From Candidatus Cloacimonadales bacterium (lineage in GTDB: Bacteria; Cloacimonadota; Cloacimonadia; Cloacimonadales; DAONDQ01), in the NCBI GenBank assembly GCA_963662275.1, contig OY759316.1:3040001-3104000 (forward strand): a DNA stretch of 64,000 nucleotides, read 5' to 3'. The notes under the pieces are model-generated. The model worked only from the letters and a program-made list of their open reading frames with translations, was not told where the DNA came from and did not search any database. The position numbers and the translations under genes were made by a program. Shown piece after piece: positions 30,324 to 39,897 of the stretch. Each line of letters opens with the position of its first letter. Position 1 is the first letter of the stretch.

Positions 30324-31049
30324 ATGAGATTAAATCAAATGTTAATCTTATGTTTGTTATTTTTTACAATATCATGCATATCAGCAGAATCCAGACCTTA
30401 CTATAAATTAACTCTAAGCAATGGCAATAATTACGAAGGAACTATTCTGAAAGAAAAGCCGGATGGGAGTATCCTGTTCCGAACAAAAGACGGGGTAAAG
30501 TACTTATTACATAAAGATGAGATATCCAGTCTTACTGAAATGGCTATACCATTCGCGCAGACTAACAAGATACAGAATCTAGGAATTCCCTACAAGGGCA
30601 ATTTTGGTGTGGGAATAGGCATACCATATGGTATATTTGGTTTCGGAGCTGATTACTTTGTTAGACCTCGTATCGCAGCAACAATCGGTTTAGGGACTGC
30701 TTTCATCGGTGGCGCATATGATGTTGGGATTCGCTATTTCCTTCGGGACATGGACCATACATGGCGTCCAAGGTTATCTGCATATTATGGCATTAACTCG
30801 TTTGAACTCGTCCAGACAGCGGATAATGAATTGGATAAAAAAAATAGTGACACATTTGCTGGTTTGACACTTGGGATTGGACAGCAATGGTCATGGGGAA
30901 AAAGTAAGCATACCGGTATTGAATTAGATATGAATTACCTGGTCACAACAGGTGTTTTTGATCGTATAGATGAACTAAAAGCACATGGTTATGATGTGTC
31001 AGAAGCTAGTCGGATTCAAATGTCAATTGGTATCCGTCATAATTTCTGA
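30324..31049 (+). CDS. Exported protein, probable small outer-membrane beta-barrel with N-terminal Sm-like domain
   Basis: Signal peptide; amphipathic Gly/aromatic strands; terminal Phe (IGIRHNF). Confidence 0.55.
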   Translation: MRLNQMLILCLLFFTISCISAESRPYYKLTLSNGNNYEGTILKEKPDGSILFRTKDGVKYLLHKDEISSLTEMAIPFAQTNKIQNLGIPYKGNFGVGIGIPYGIFGFGADYFVRPRIAATIGLGTAFIGGAYDVGIRYFLRDMDHTWRPRLSAYYGINSFELVQTADNELDKKNSDTFAGLTLGIGQQWSWGKSKHTGIELDMNYLVTTGVFDRIDELKAHGYDVSEASRIQMSIGIRHNF

Positions 31050-31095
31050 CCAGAATTATTAACATACATAATGAAACAATCTCAAAGGGGAATCT

Positions 31096-32799
31096 ATGAA
31101 TGTCAATCCTACTCCTACTACAAATGGAACACATCAGCAAATCCCACATATAACTTTTAATCTGCCGAAAAATAAGTCATTCAATATCCTATTCACGATC
31201 ATTTGTCTGCTGATCATTATTGGATTGTATTACTTCAATCTGCCAGTTTTCTCATTTAAATTTGCCAGTTTGTACATAAGTATAATGTTTGCTTTGTTAT
31301 TGCTAGCTAGGAACTTCCTTCCCAAAAACTTAAAAAAAGTTATGGTAGGATTGGCATTTCTAAGTTTTGCCTCAATGATCGTTTTCTCAATTTTATCTCA
31401 ACCTTTATTTAGATCTGCTGATTATCGTAATTTACTGGGTCAGGTAAAGGAAACTGAATTTCAGAAACTAATCTCACCCATCAATCTTGACCAAATACCT
31501 ATTGTTGATCCTGCCTTTGCTTTAAGTCTCGCTGAAAAGAAACTTGGTGATGATTTTGCCTTGGGAAGCAGAGTTATTCTTGGTAATCCAACTCGTCAAA
31601 TGATTAATGGTCATCTGTATTTTGCTATACCACTTCTTCATAGCGGTTTCTTTAAATGGCTTACCAATAGAGAACAGGGAACCCCTGGTTTTATTATTGT
31701 TTCTGCCACCAATCCACAGGACATTCAATTCATTAGGGATGTAAACGGAAAACCCGTGCACTTAATCTATCAGCCTAATTCTTTTTGGGATCAGAATTTG
31801 AAACGTATAATCTATATGAGTGGTATCAGGAATTTGGGAATTGGTGATTTTACCTTTGAACTGGATGATCAATTTCACCCTTGGTGGACAGTCACAATAT
31901 ATGATCATAAGATTGGTCTCATGGGTTCTGATGCCATTGGAACAGCAATTGTTAATCCTGAAACAGGAAATGTTACTTATTATGATGTAAAGGATACACC
32001 TGGATGGGTAGACCGAATTCAGCCTTCTCAATTTGTGATGTGGCAACTGGATTTTTGGGGAAATTATATTCACGGTTTCTGGAACACTATGTTCGGGAAA
32101 CGTGATATGCTGATGACCACGGAAGGTTATAACGTCATTTACGGGACGGATAATAAATGTTATTTCTATACTGGAATGACAAGTGTCGGAGCAGATGAAG
32201 GCGCAGTAGGATTCATGCTTGTTAATACTCGAAATAAGGAAACACATTTCTATAAAATATCCGGTGCTACAGAGACAGCAGCTATGTCATCTGCTGAAGG
32301 AAAAGTTCAGAATTTCAAGTATTCCTCCACCTTCCCCATCCTATTGAATGTTTCCCAAATACCAACATTCTTCATGACTTTAAAGGATACTGCCGGATTA
32401 GTTAAGATGTATGCTATGGTTTCAGTGAAAGATTTCAGCCTGGTAGGTGTTGGTGAATCTGTGAAACAAGCTCGTGATGCTTACATCAATGCTTTATCCA
32501 TGCAAAGGAATACGAATGTTTCTCTATCCGGAAATGATAAAATATCGATTCAAAGCACAGTTACCCGTATCGGATCAGACATTAAGAACGGCAGGTCTTT
32601 CTATTATGTGATTGTGGCTTCTCAGCCTAATATCGTTTTTATCGTTAACACTGATCTCTCAGATTTTCTACCTGTGACTAATATTGGTGATCCAGTTCAA
32701 TTGGAATTTCTGTCAGCTACAGATCAAACGGTTAACTTGCTTTCTTTTACAAATCTAAAATTGCAAAAAGGAAAAGAGCAGGAGCAAGTAAAAAACTGA
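31096..32799 (+). CDS. Conserved hypothetical membrane protein (3 N-terminal TM helices, large extracytoplasmic region)
   Basis: 567-aa ORF with RBS and hydrophobic N-terminus. Confidence 0.65.
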   Translation: MNVNPTPTTNGTHQQIPHITFNLPKNKSFNILFTIICLLIIIGLYYFNLPVFSFKFASLYISIMFALLLLARNFLPKNLKKVMVGLAFLSFASMIVFSILSQPLFRSADYRNLLGQVKETEFQKLISPINLDQIPIVDPAFALSLAEKKLGDDFALGSRVILGNPTRQMINGHLYFAIPLLHSGFFKWLTNREQGTPGFIIVSATNPQDIQFIRDVNGKPVHLIYQPNSFWDQNLKRIIYMSGIRNLGIGDFTFELDDQFHPWWTVTIYDHKIGLMGSDAIGTAIVNPETGNVTYYDVKDTPGWVDRIQPSQFVMWQLDFWGNYIHGFWNTMFGKRDMLMTTEGYNVIYGTDNKCYFYTGMTSVGADEGAVGFMLVNTRNKETHFYKISGATETAAMSSAEGKVQNFKYSSTFPILLNVSQIPTFFMTLKDTAGLVKMYAMVSVKDFSLVGVGESVKQARDAYINALSMQRNTNVSLSGNDKISIQSTVTRIGSDIKNGRSFYYVIVASQPNIVFIVNTDLSDFLPVTNIGDPVQLEFLSATDQTVNLLSFTNLKLQKGKEQEQVKN

Positions 32800-32946
32800 T
32801 ATCTATAAAATGAATATTAATGAATATATCTGAACAGATTACTTGATAAATCGATAATTACGAGAGATAGATTAAATTGTATCGAGATGAAACGGAACAA
32901 TTTACTTAATCCAAAGTACGATTCTCCTAATTGGTGAACTAATCAC

Positions 32947-33192
32947 TCAAATCACGTTATTAAAATCAGATGTATTAGATTGTGTTTGAGGAGAATAGGG
33001 ATACTTAGCATTCGGTTCTGATTCGGAACTATCTGCTTGATAAGTAGCCCGATAATTCACTGTTAAGCACTTGTTTAAACGTTCCGTCAGTTTACGACGT
33101 TTGTGATATCGCATATGATAATTACTACCAATACCTAAGAATGACTTAATCATATGCAATATTAAGTGATATGCTTCAAAAATAAAATTCAT
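32947..33192 (-). CDS. Possible small hypothetical protein
   Basis: AAGGGGAG RBS-like sequence before ATG; no recognisable motif. Confidence 0.3.
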   Translation of the reverse strand: MNFIFEAYHLILHMIKSFLGIGSNYHMRYHKRRKLTERLNKCLTVNYRATYQADSSESEPNAKYPYSPQTQSNTSDFNNVI

Positions 33193-33336
33193 CGTTAATC
33201 TCTCCCCTTTACGAAGAACATACTTATCACAATCAGAATATTACAAATTCCTCTTCTACATTTCTCATTATCTTAAACCATATCTTATATTTACTTGTCA
33301 AGAAAATAAAATTAGTTTTTCCCCTAATGATTTTAT

Positions 33337-35197
33337 GAGACTGTTCAAAATTAACCTCCATTTTACGCAGCCTTATTGGTAGTGACAGAGAAAAAGTGGT
33401 CTAAGTGCGACCAATCCACATTTTCTTGACATATGCGGGAGATATTTAAACTTGCTAAAAGTGATTCCTGACGCATGATTGGTTGACCTTTATCGACCAG
33501 TTCTTTGAACCAAAGCGAAAACACAAGGTTGCGGGTGGTTTCTTCAGATTTTAGTCCAAATCTACCGGATGTCACCTTCTTGATTTTGCGGTTCCAGCGT
33601 TCAGAGACATTGGAAGTCAAACCTTTGCTGAGGTGTCTCCAATCACTAATGATATTGCTTTTGATGTATTCGGCGGCGGTTGGGGGAGTAATAGCTGTCA
33701 GGCTTGCGATACCCTTTTTCCTTCCGCCCGCCGTTTCTCTTCGGAAAGCTTTCATAATCCTCTTCTTAAAGAACTTGTCCCTGTCTTCAGGGAGATGACA
33801 TTGACTGATTCTTTTGAAGAGATTTCGTATCTTATGGAACTTACAGAGTTGGTAATGGACTTTTGGAAACACTGTTTTTCTTGCAACTGCTAACGATTTA
33901 CTGCCATCACTGACAATCAGGGTTGGATCTTTCCTGTAGAGCTGTCTGAAGGTTCTGAAACATGCTTCGAATGATTCTTTCTTTGTGTCAGGATACAACT
34001 CACAAAACAGAGGGATGTGAGTCACAAAATCAACAATACTGATGACATAGTACGGAATACCTTTGATCTTCACATATTTCTCATCAATGCTGATCTTTCC
34101 GCTCCACTTACCGATTGAGTTCAGAATCAGGCTCTGCAGGTCAGCGATTTCATGCCAGAGATTTGAGACTGTAGCTTTACAGGTGTTGAGCAGCAAAGCT
34201 ATCGTCTCGAAGTTCATACCGCTTCCAACCAGGTAATGTACCAGCAGACACAGGTTCTTGCGTTCCAGACTATGGAACGGCTTTGCATCGGCGGTTCTAT
34301 GGGATGTATTGCCTTTAGCAGTCTTCATTTGTTCCAGGAGTCTGTCACAGATAACAGGTGTATTCTGCTGACCGGCAAGCAGTTTCAGCAGATGTACAGC
34401 ATCACCGCCTACTGTCTTTTTCAGAAGAAGCTTCTGAGCTTGCTTAACTACAGACAGAGAATTGACCTGAGAAGCATATTTGCAGAAAGTGGTATAGGAC
34501 ATTTTAAAATCATGATGGCTGATGAACTCCTGATACATGACATTTAAAGGTAAAAGCAGGTTATTGATAACAAAATTCTCGATCTGAGGAATACACTCCA
34601 GCAGGTCAACTTTCCGGCTTAAATATGCCAGGATATCATGACCATGCTGCTCAAACTCTTGCCAGAAATTATGTACATTCCTGCGGTCTGCGTAGTTAAA
34701 CAGATCAGCTATTTGCTGAAGTGTAAGGAGGTTGTCTCCGCCTATTCCTACTAATAAGCGTAGAAACGCTATTAAGAACTTGTGGTTTGATGTTGTCTCA
34801 GGCAAAGTGAATGAAAATGGTACGTTAATACTTACATGGTATTGGTTACTTTCATGACTAACACTTACCGCTTCTTGAATTGGAGTGTTTTTTTGTCATA
34901 ATATCCTCCCTTTTGTTACCAGGTAACAAATGCCATTGAAGCTATAGCAAAAAACTTGTAAAGAACTATTTTATATGATTTTAACTACACATTTAGTCAG
35001 AAACGGCTTCGAAACATTACTTATAATCGCGTGTTTTTCAATTTTAGTCAAAAAGCTTAACTTGTGATTTGGTGTCCTTAGCAGAGCTTATCTGTCAATT
35101 CTGGAAGGTATGTTAAATTATGACCGTTTCGACCACTTTTTTCAACTTGCTACTTTCTAACTTATTGAATATTATGAATAACTTCATGAACAGTCTC
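33337..35197 (-). mobile_element. Insertion sequence, IS256/Mutator-like, 1861 bp, copy 2 (diverged isoform)
   Basis: Same IR GAGACTGTTCA; its own 8-bp target duplication GATTTTAT (33329-33336, 35198-35205). Confidence 0.9.
33363..34805 (-). CDS. DDE transposase, close paralog of 23904-25346
   Basis: Same length (480 aa) and motifs, scattered substitutions. Confidence 0.85.
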   Translation of the reverse strand: MPETTSNHKFLIAFLRLLVGIGGDNLLTLQQIADLFNYADRRNVHNFWQEFEQHGHDILAYLSRKVDLLECIPQIENFVINNLLLPLNVMYQEFISHHDFKMSYTTFCKYASQVNSLSVVKQAQKLLLKKTVGGDAVHLLKLLAGQQNTPVICDRLLEQMKTAKGNTSHRTADAKPFHSLERKNLCLLVHYLVGSGMNFETIALLLNTCKATVSNLWHEIADLQSLILNSIGKWSGKISIDEKYVKIKGIPYYVISIVDFVTHIPLFCELYPDTKKESFEACFRTFRQLYRKDPTLIVSDGSKSLAVARKTVFPKVHYQLCKFHKIRNLFKRISQCHLPEDRDKFFKKRIMKAFRRETAGGRKKGIASLTAITPPTAAEYIKSNIISDWRHLSKGLTSNVSERWNRKIKKVTSGRFGLKSEETTRNLVFSLWFKELVDKGQPIMRQESLLASLNISRICQENVDWSHLDHFFSVTTNKAA

Positions 35198-35288
35198 GAT
35201 TTTATTCCAATTACAGTCAGTTTTTGATGCAAACTGCCAAGAATAATAATCTTGTATTGCTCTAATAAAAATCAAACAATTATTCGGT

Positions 35289-36611
35289 TTACTTCTCGAT
35301 TTCTCTTAATTTCCGATGCAGCGTTTTTCGATCAATGCCAAGAATATCCGCAGCTTGGGATTTGTTGCCATGGCACATGCTTAATACATGTTGAATATGA
35401 TCCTGCTCAACCTGGTTTAAGGTTTGTTGCCAGTGATTCGGAGAATGCAGCGAGTATCTTAGATGCTCGGGTAGATCTGATATTTCTATCATTGCTTTAT
35501 CATTCAGGACCATAGCTCTCTGAATAAAATTCTCTAACTCTCGGATATTCCCCGGATAATGATATTTCAGTAAAGCTTCCAACGCTCTATCTGTTATATG
35601 GGGAATGCTATGCCCTAACTCAGCAGCATGTTTTTGCACAAAATAACGAATGAGGAGAGGGATATCTTCCTTATGTTCAATCAATGGTGGAATATCTATG
35701 TTGATAACGTTCAATCGATAATACAAGTCTTCGCGGAACAATCCTTTTTCAACCAGTGACAGCAGATTTTTATTTGTAGCAGTGATAATCCTCACGTCGA
35801 TCTTCTCTGCTTTATAGCTTCCCACCATGGAAACCTCCCTATCCTGGACAACACGTAGTAGTTTTGCCTGCATAGGAAGAATCATTTCAGATACTTCATC
35901 CAGGAATATTGAACCACCCTGGGCAGCCTGGAAGAAGCCTTTTCTTGTGATACCCGCACCAGTGAAGGCACCTTTAAGATGACCAAAGAACTCACTCTCC
36001 AATAATTCCTGGGGAATAGCTGCACAATTCACAGGGATAAATGGTGAAGTTGGATGGGCAGATTGATAATGTATGGCTCTTGCAACAAGTTCCTTTCCCA
36101 CACCACTTTCTCCTGTAATCAGGACAGTAGCTTTTGATTGACTAGCCTTCCTGATGATCTCATAGATTTTTTGCATTTCTAGTGATTTTCCGATGATCCC
36201 AGCAAAAGATTCAGGTTTCTCCACTTGAACAAGTCGTCTCTGTTGTAATTTATGCAATACTCTCTGTACGACCTGGAGTAATTCTTCCTGGGTGAACGGT
36301 TTCGAGAGGTATTCATCTGCACCCATCTTGATAGCTTTTACTGCTCCAGTAATTGTGGCGTATCCTGTCATCATAATCATAGCAGTATATTCATGATTAT
36401 CTTTAATATAACGGACAAGATCCAATCCCGTCAGCCCTGGCATCTTGAAGTCAGTGATTACTAAGTCGATGGGAGTATTCTTCAGAATACTTAAAGCTGC
36501 TTCAACGCTACTGGCAATGAGGATATTGACCTTGATATCTTCAAGTTGACGAGTTAGCATCTCCAGAGTATCTGGAGAATCATCCACAATTAAAACTGTA
36601 TTTTTTTTCAT
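35289..36611 (-). CDS. Sigma54-dependent response regulator (NtrC/AtoC family)
   Basis: REC domain; GESGVGKE Walker A; GAFTGA; FLDE; REDLYYRLN; GNIREL; Fis-type HTH. Confidence 0.95.
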   Translation of the reverse strand: MKKNTVLIVDDSPDTLEMLTRQLEDIKVNILIASSVEAALSILKNTPIDLVITDFKMPGLTGLDLVRYIKDNHEYTAMIMMTGYATITGAVKAIKMGADEYLSKPFTQEELLQVVQRVLHKLQQRRLVQVEKPESFAGIIGKSLEMQKIYEIIRKASQSKATVLITGESGVGKELVARAIHYQSAHPTSPFIPVNCAAIPQELLESEFFGHLKGAFTGAGITRKGFFQAAQGGSIFLDEVSEMILPMQAKLLRVVQDREVSMVGSYKAEKIDVRIITATNKNLLSLVEKGLFREDLYYRLNVINIDIPPLIEHKEDIPLLIRYFVQKHAAELGHSIPHITDRALEALLKYHYPGNIRELENFIQRAMVLNDKAMIEISDLPEHLRYSLHSPNHWQQTLNQVEQDHIQHVLSMCHGNKSQAADILGIDRKTLHRKLREIEK

Positions 36612-38086
36612 ATAATACGCTCCGGAAAGCCGATTGTAAATGTAGTTCCAATATTTGGCTTGCTGTTCACTTCAATCCTGGCATGATGACTCTTCAAAAT
36701 TCCATGCACCACTGCTAAACCCAAACCTGTACCTTGTCCAGTGGGTTTAGTGGTAAAGAAGGGAAGAAATATCTTTTTCTGAATTTCCTTATTCATTCCA
36801 TGACCTGTATCTCGAATGCTAAAATATACCCAACCGGCTTCATACCAGGTTCTTAGATATAGTTCTCCACCACGTTCCATAGATTGAATGGAATTTACTG
36901 TAAGATTAACAACAACTTGTATCAGTTGACCCGAGTCTGCATCAATGAAAGGCAAGTTCGAATCGAATTCCTTGACTACCTTGATGTTTTCACGAGTACA
37001 TCGATATTCAAGAAAGTATAGACCTTCTTCAAGAATTGTATTAAGATTTACTTCTCTGATATGAACCGGCATTTGCCTGGAAAAGAAAAGCAATTTCTTC
37101 ACAATTTCCCGAGTATGGAGGCTTGATTTGATAATCTTTTCCAAATCTGCTTTTACTCGTTCAGGGTCATGTAATGCTTTTTTTGCCAGTTCAGCAAATC
37201 CCAGTATGTTCGTGAGAGGTTCATTGATCTCATGGGCAATACCTGCTGTGAGAGTACCAAGTGTTGCTAAACGGTCAGCATGACGAAGCTGTTCCACCAT
37301 ATTTCTCTCAGCATCCCTGGCTGCCTTACTTTCCAAATATTGAGCCAGTTTTTGAGCAATTAACTCCAGGAGTTTAGCTTCTTCTTCAAGAAAGAATATA
37401 GGTTCTAATGATATTTTATCTGCTGAATAAGAGACTTGTATCTCACCCCAAGATTCATGCTGTGTTTGTATTATAGTTCTCAATTGCATGATATCAGGTG
37501 TAAAGCCTGGCGTTTGAACCGTTTCCCCGCCAATTATAATTCGGCATCCAGCCACTGATGGATATTGAAAAGCAGGTGGAATCAGATGCACTATCTTATC
37601 AAAAAGAATATCCGAAGGAAGATCATTTTGCAGGACTTCATTCAATTGATACATACAAGTCAATTCTTTGATACGTTCCTGCAAGGCATTATTTGTCCTT
37701 CTCAAGAACATAATGCTTCCTAAGACAGTAGCAATATAAACGTAATCAAGTTCTTTCATGAAAGGCAAAATCAGAATCCCTAACATCTGAGTCCCAGCGT
37801 GTATTTTCAGGTAGCAGGAGGTTTTATGAAAGTATATTTCCTCTGCGTGCCTGATAAATATCGCAGCATCCCTTTCTTTTCCTGTCTTAGGATACTTAAT
37901 CCAATTCCGGTATTGCATACTGAATTGCGGTTTGGTTTGAAACACATATTCATGCTGGGAATCCGAACACAGGAATATCAGCGAAGATAATTTCATCTCC
38001 CTTTGTAACAAATCTGCCATCCTTATGAGGAATTCAACACGTGTAAGATGTAACTCAACTAAGTTCATTAACTCTTTTTCAAACAT
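36608..38086 (-). CDS. Cytoplasmic sensor histidine kinase (NtrB-like) with GAF-like domain
   Basis: AHEINEPL H-box; N, DTGHG, FLPFFTTK, GTGLGL boxes; AAGGA RBS before ATG at 38086. Confidence 0.9.
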   Translation of the reverse strand: MFEKELMNLVELHLTRVEFLIRMADLLQREMKLSSLIFLCSDSQHEYVFQTKPQFSMQYRNWIKYPKTGKERDAAIFIRHAEEIYFHKTSCYLKIHAGTQMLGILILPFMKELDYVYIATVLGSIMFLRRTNNALQERIKELTCMYQLNEVLQNDLPSDILFDKIVHLIPPAFQYPSVAGCRIIIGGETVQTPGFTPDIMQLRTIIQTQHESWGEIQVSYSADKISLEPIFFLEEEAKLLELIAQKLAQYLESKAARDAERNMVEQLRHADRLATLGTLTAGIAHEINEPLTNILGFAELAKKALHDPERVKADLEKIIKSSLHTREIVKKLLFFSRQMPVHIREVNLNTILEEGLYFLEYRCTRENIKVVKEFDSNLPFIDADSGQLIQVVVNLTVNSIQSMERGGELYLRTWYEAGWVYFSIRDTGHGMNKEIQKKIFLPFFTTKPTGQGTGLGLAVVHGILKSHHARIEVNSKPNIGTTFTIGFPERII

Positions 38087-38144
38087 AGTATCATCCTTTA
38101 AAAGATAATAATCAGTTTGCAGTTTGTGTGGCAAGGTATTTACG

Positions 38145-38269
38145 GGGCATTTTACCCCACTGCGAATAATAGTCCCATGAAAACTCTCGACGCACCACTA
38201 GGTTGAGATGTTCTAAATGCATATACTACCAGAGATTATGGATCATTGAATGTTTGGCGGAAGAAATGC
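38145..38269 (+). promoter_or_regulatory. Putative sigma54 -24/-12 promoter for gdh (38255-38269) with upstream palindromic activator site (~38144-38159)
   Basis: TGGCggaagaaaTGC has correct GG-N10-GC spacing; GGGGCATTTTACCCC palindrome ~100 bp upstream; adjacent sigma54 activator gene. Confidence 0.55.
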
Positions 38270-38523
38270 GTTCTATGATTGTGGATTTGGTCAATAGAAA
38301 CGGTTGGGGTTTGATTCTGTTAAACCCCAACCTGTTTCAAAAAGCATAAACAGGAGTGTTCATTTTGATGGAAGTTCGAAAAGACCGGAACGTAACAAAA
38401 AGCAGAGAAAGCATTGAATCTGTAAAAACAGCTATCAAATTATGGTTTTCCGATTACTTTATCGATAGAGTATAAACACAAGCATCAAACTCACAAACAC
38501 AAATACAAAAATAGAGGTGAATT

Positions 38524-39810
38524 ATGAAAGAACAAGGATTCAATCCCTTCCTGATGGCTCAGGAGCAATTCGACAAAGTCGCTGATATACTGAACCTGGA
38601 CACAGCAACACGTGAACTTCTTCGTACACCCATGCGGGAATATCATTTCAGTATTCCGGTAAAAATGGATGACGGAAATGTGCAGATCTTCAAAGGCTAC
38701 AGATTTCAACACAATGATTCTCGTGGTCCTGCCAAAGGTGGTATCCGTTTCCATCCTCAAGAGACTGCTGATACGGTCAGAGCGTTATCCATGTGGATGA
38801 CTTGGAAGACTGCTGTCGTTGATATTCCTCTCGGTGGAGCTAAAGGTGGAGTCATATGTGACCCACATAACCTCAGTATGCGCGAACAGGAGTTGATTTG
38901 CCGTGGTTACGTCAGACAGGTTGCCCAGAATATTGGACCGCTGCGTGATGTGCCGGCACCTGATGTTATGACGAATGGTCAGCATATGCTTTGGATGCTT
39001 GATGAATATGAAACTATTATGGGTGCAAAATACCCTGGTATGATTACGGGGAAACCTGTTGGCATGGGTGGTTCTTTGGGACGTACAGAAGCCACTGGTT
39101 ATGGTGTGGTATTTATCTTACGTGAAGCTCTTAAGGAAATGAATCTGAAACCTCAGAACACAACCGCGTCTGTTCAAGGATTCGGAAATGTCGCTCAATA
39201 TGCTATCCGTTTGTATAATCAATTAGGTGGAAAAGTGATTGCGGTTGCCTGTTGGGATCAAAAAGAACAGAAATCCTTCACATTACGTAATAAAGACGGG
39301 ATCAATATCGATCAATTAGTTGGTATCACTGACAGATTCGGTGGAATCGATCGTCAGCAGGCTCAAACATTGGGATATGAAGTTCTAACCGGAGACGCGT
39401 GGCTTTCACAGGAAGTTGATATACTGATACCGGCTGCAATGGAAAATCAAATCACCGATAAGAATGTTAAACAGATATCATCACGCGTCAAGATTATCGC
39501 TGAAGGTGCAAATGGTCCAACGACCCCTGAAGCAGATAAAGTTATCCAGGAAATGGGAATCTTCATGCTTCCGGATTTTCTGACGAATGCCGGTGGTGTA
39601 ACTTGCAGTTATTTTGAACAAGTACAATGTAATATGAACTACTATTGGGAAAAAGATGAAGTTCTTGGGAAGCTTGATGTCAAGATGACTTCAGCATTCC
39701 TGGCTGTCTCTCACTTAGCAAAGACCAGGAAGCTTTACATGCGCGATGCTGCCTATGTCATTGCGATCAATCGTGTAGCTGAAGCATGCAAACAGCATGG
39801 CTGGGTTTGA
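38524..39810 (+). CDS. gdhA: Glutamate dehydrogenase (Glu/Leu/Phe/Val family)
   Basis: GPAKGGIRFHP, GGAKGG, DVPAPD, GRTEATGYG, QGFGNV, EGANGP, NAGGV. Confidence 0.92.
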   Translation: MKEQGFNPFLMAQEQFDKVADILNLDTATRELLRTPMREYHFSIPVKMDDGNVQIFKGYRFQHNDSRGPAKGGIRFHPQETADTVRALSMWMTWKTAVVDIPLGGAKGGVICDPHNLSMREQELICRGYVRQVAQNIGPLRDVPAPDVMTNGQHMLWMLDEYETIMGAKYPGMITGKPVGMGGSLGRTEATGYGVVFILREALKEMNLKPQNTTASVQGFGNVAQYAIRLYNQLGGKVIAVACWDQKEQKSFTLRNKDGINIDQLVGITDRFGGIDRQQAQTLGYEVLTGDAWLSQEVDILIPAAMENQITDKNVKQISSRVKIIAEGANGPTTPEADKVIQEMGIFMLPDFLTNAGGVTCSYFEQVQCNMNYYWEKDEVLGKLDVKMTSAFLAVSHLAKTRKLYMRDAAYVIAINRVAEACKQHGWV

Positions 39811-39851
39811 TAGATTCCTTCTAATCAGATCATGATAGAGTAAAAATATAA

Positions 39852-39880
39852 AAGGGAGGACTGGATTCTTGTCCTCCCTT
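39852..39880. terminator. Stem-loop between gdh and the next gene
   Basis: AAGGGAGGAC...GTCCTCCCTT 10-bp stem; no long U tract on +. Confidence 0.5.
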
Positions 39881-39897
39881 AAATTCAGGATGATATT

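Noticed and set aside
23512..35197. Composite transposon carrying the membrane-protein array
   Set aside because: Each IS has its own distinct 8-bp TSD, the outer flanks differ and the copies are diverged, so these are independent insertions.
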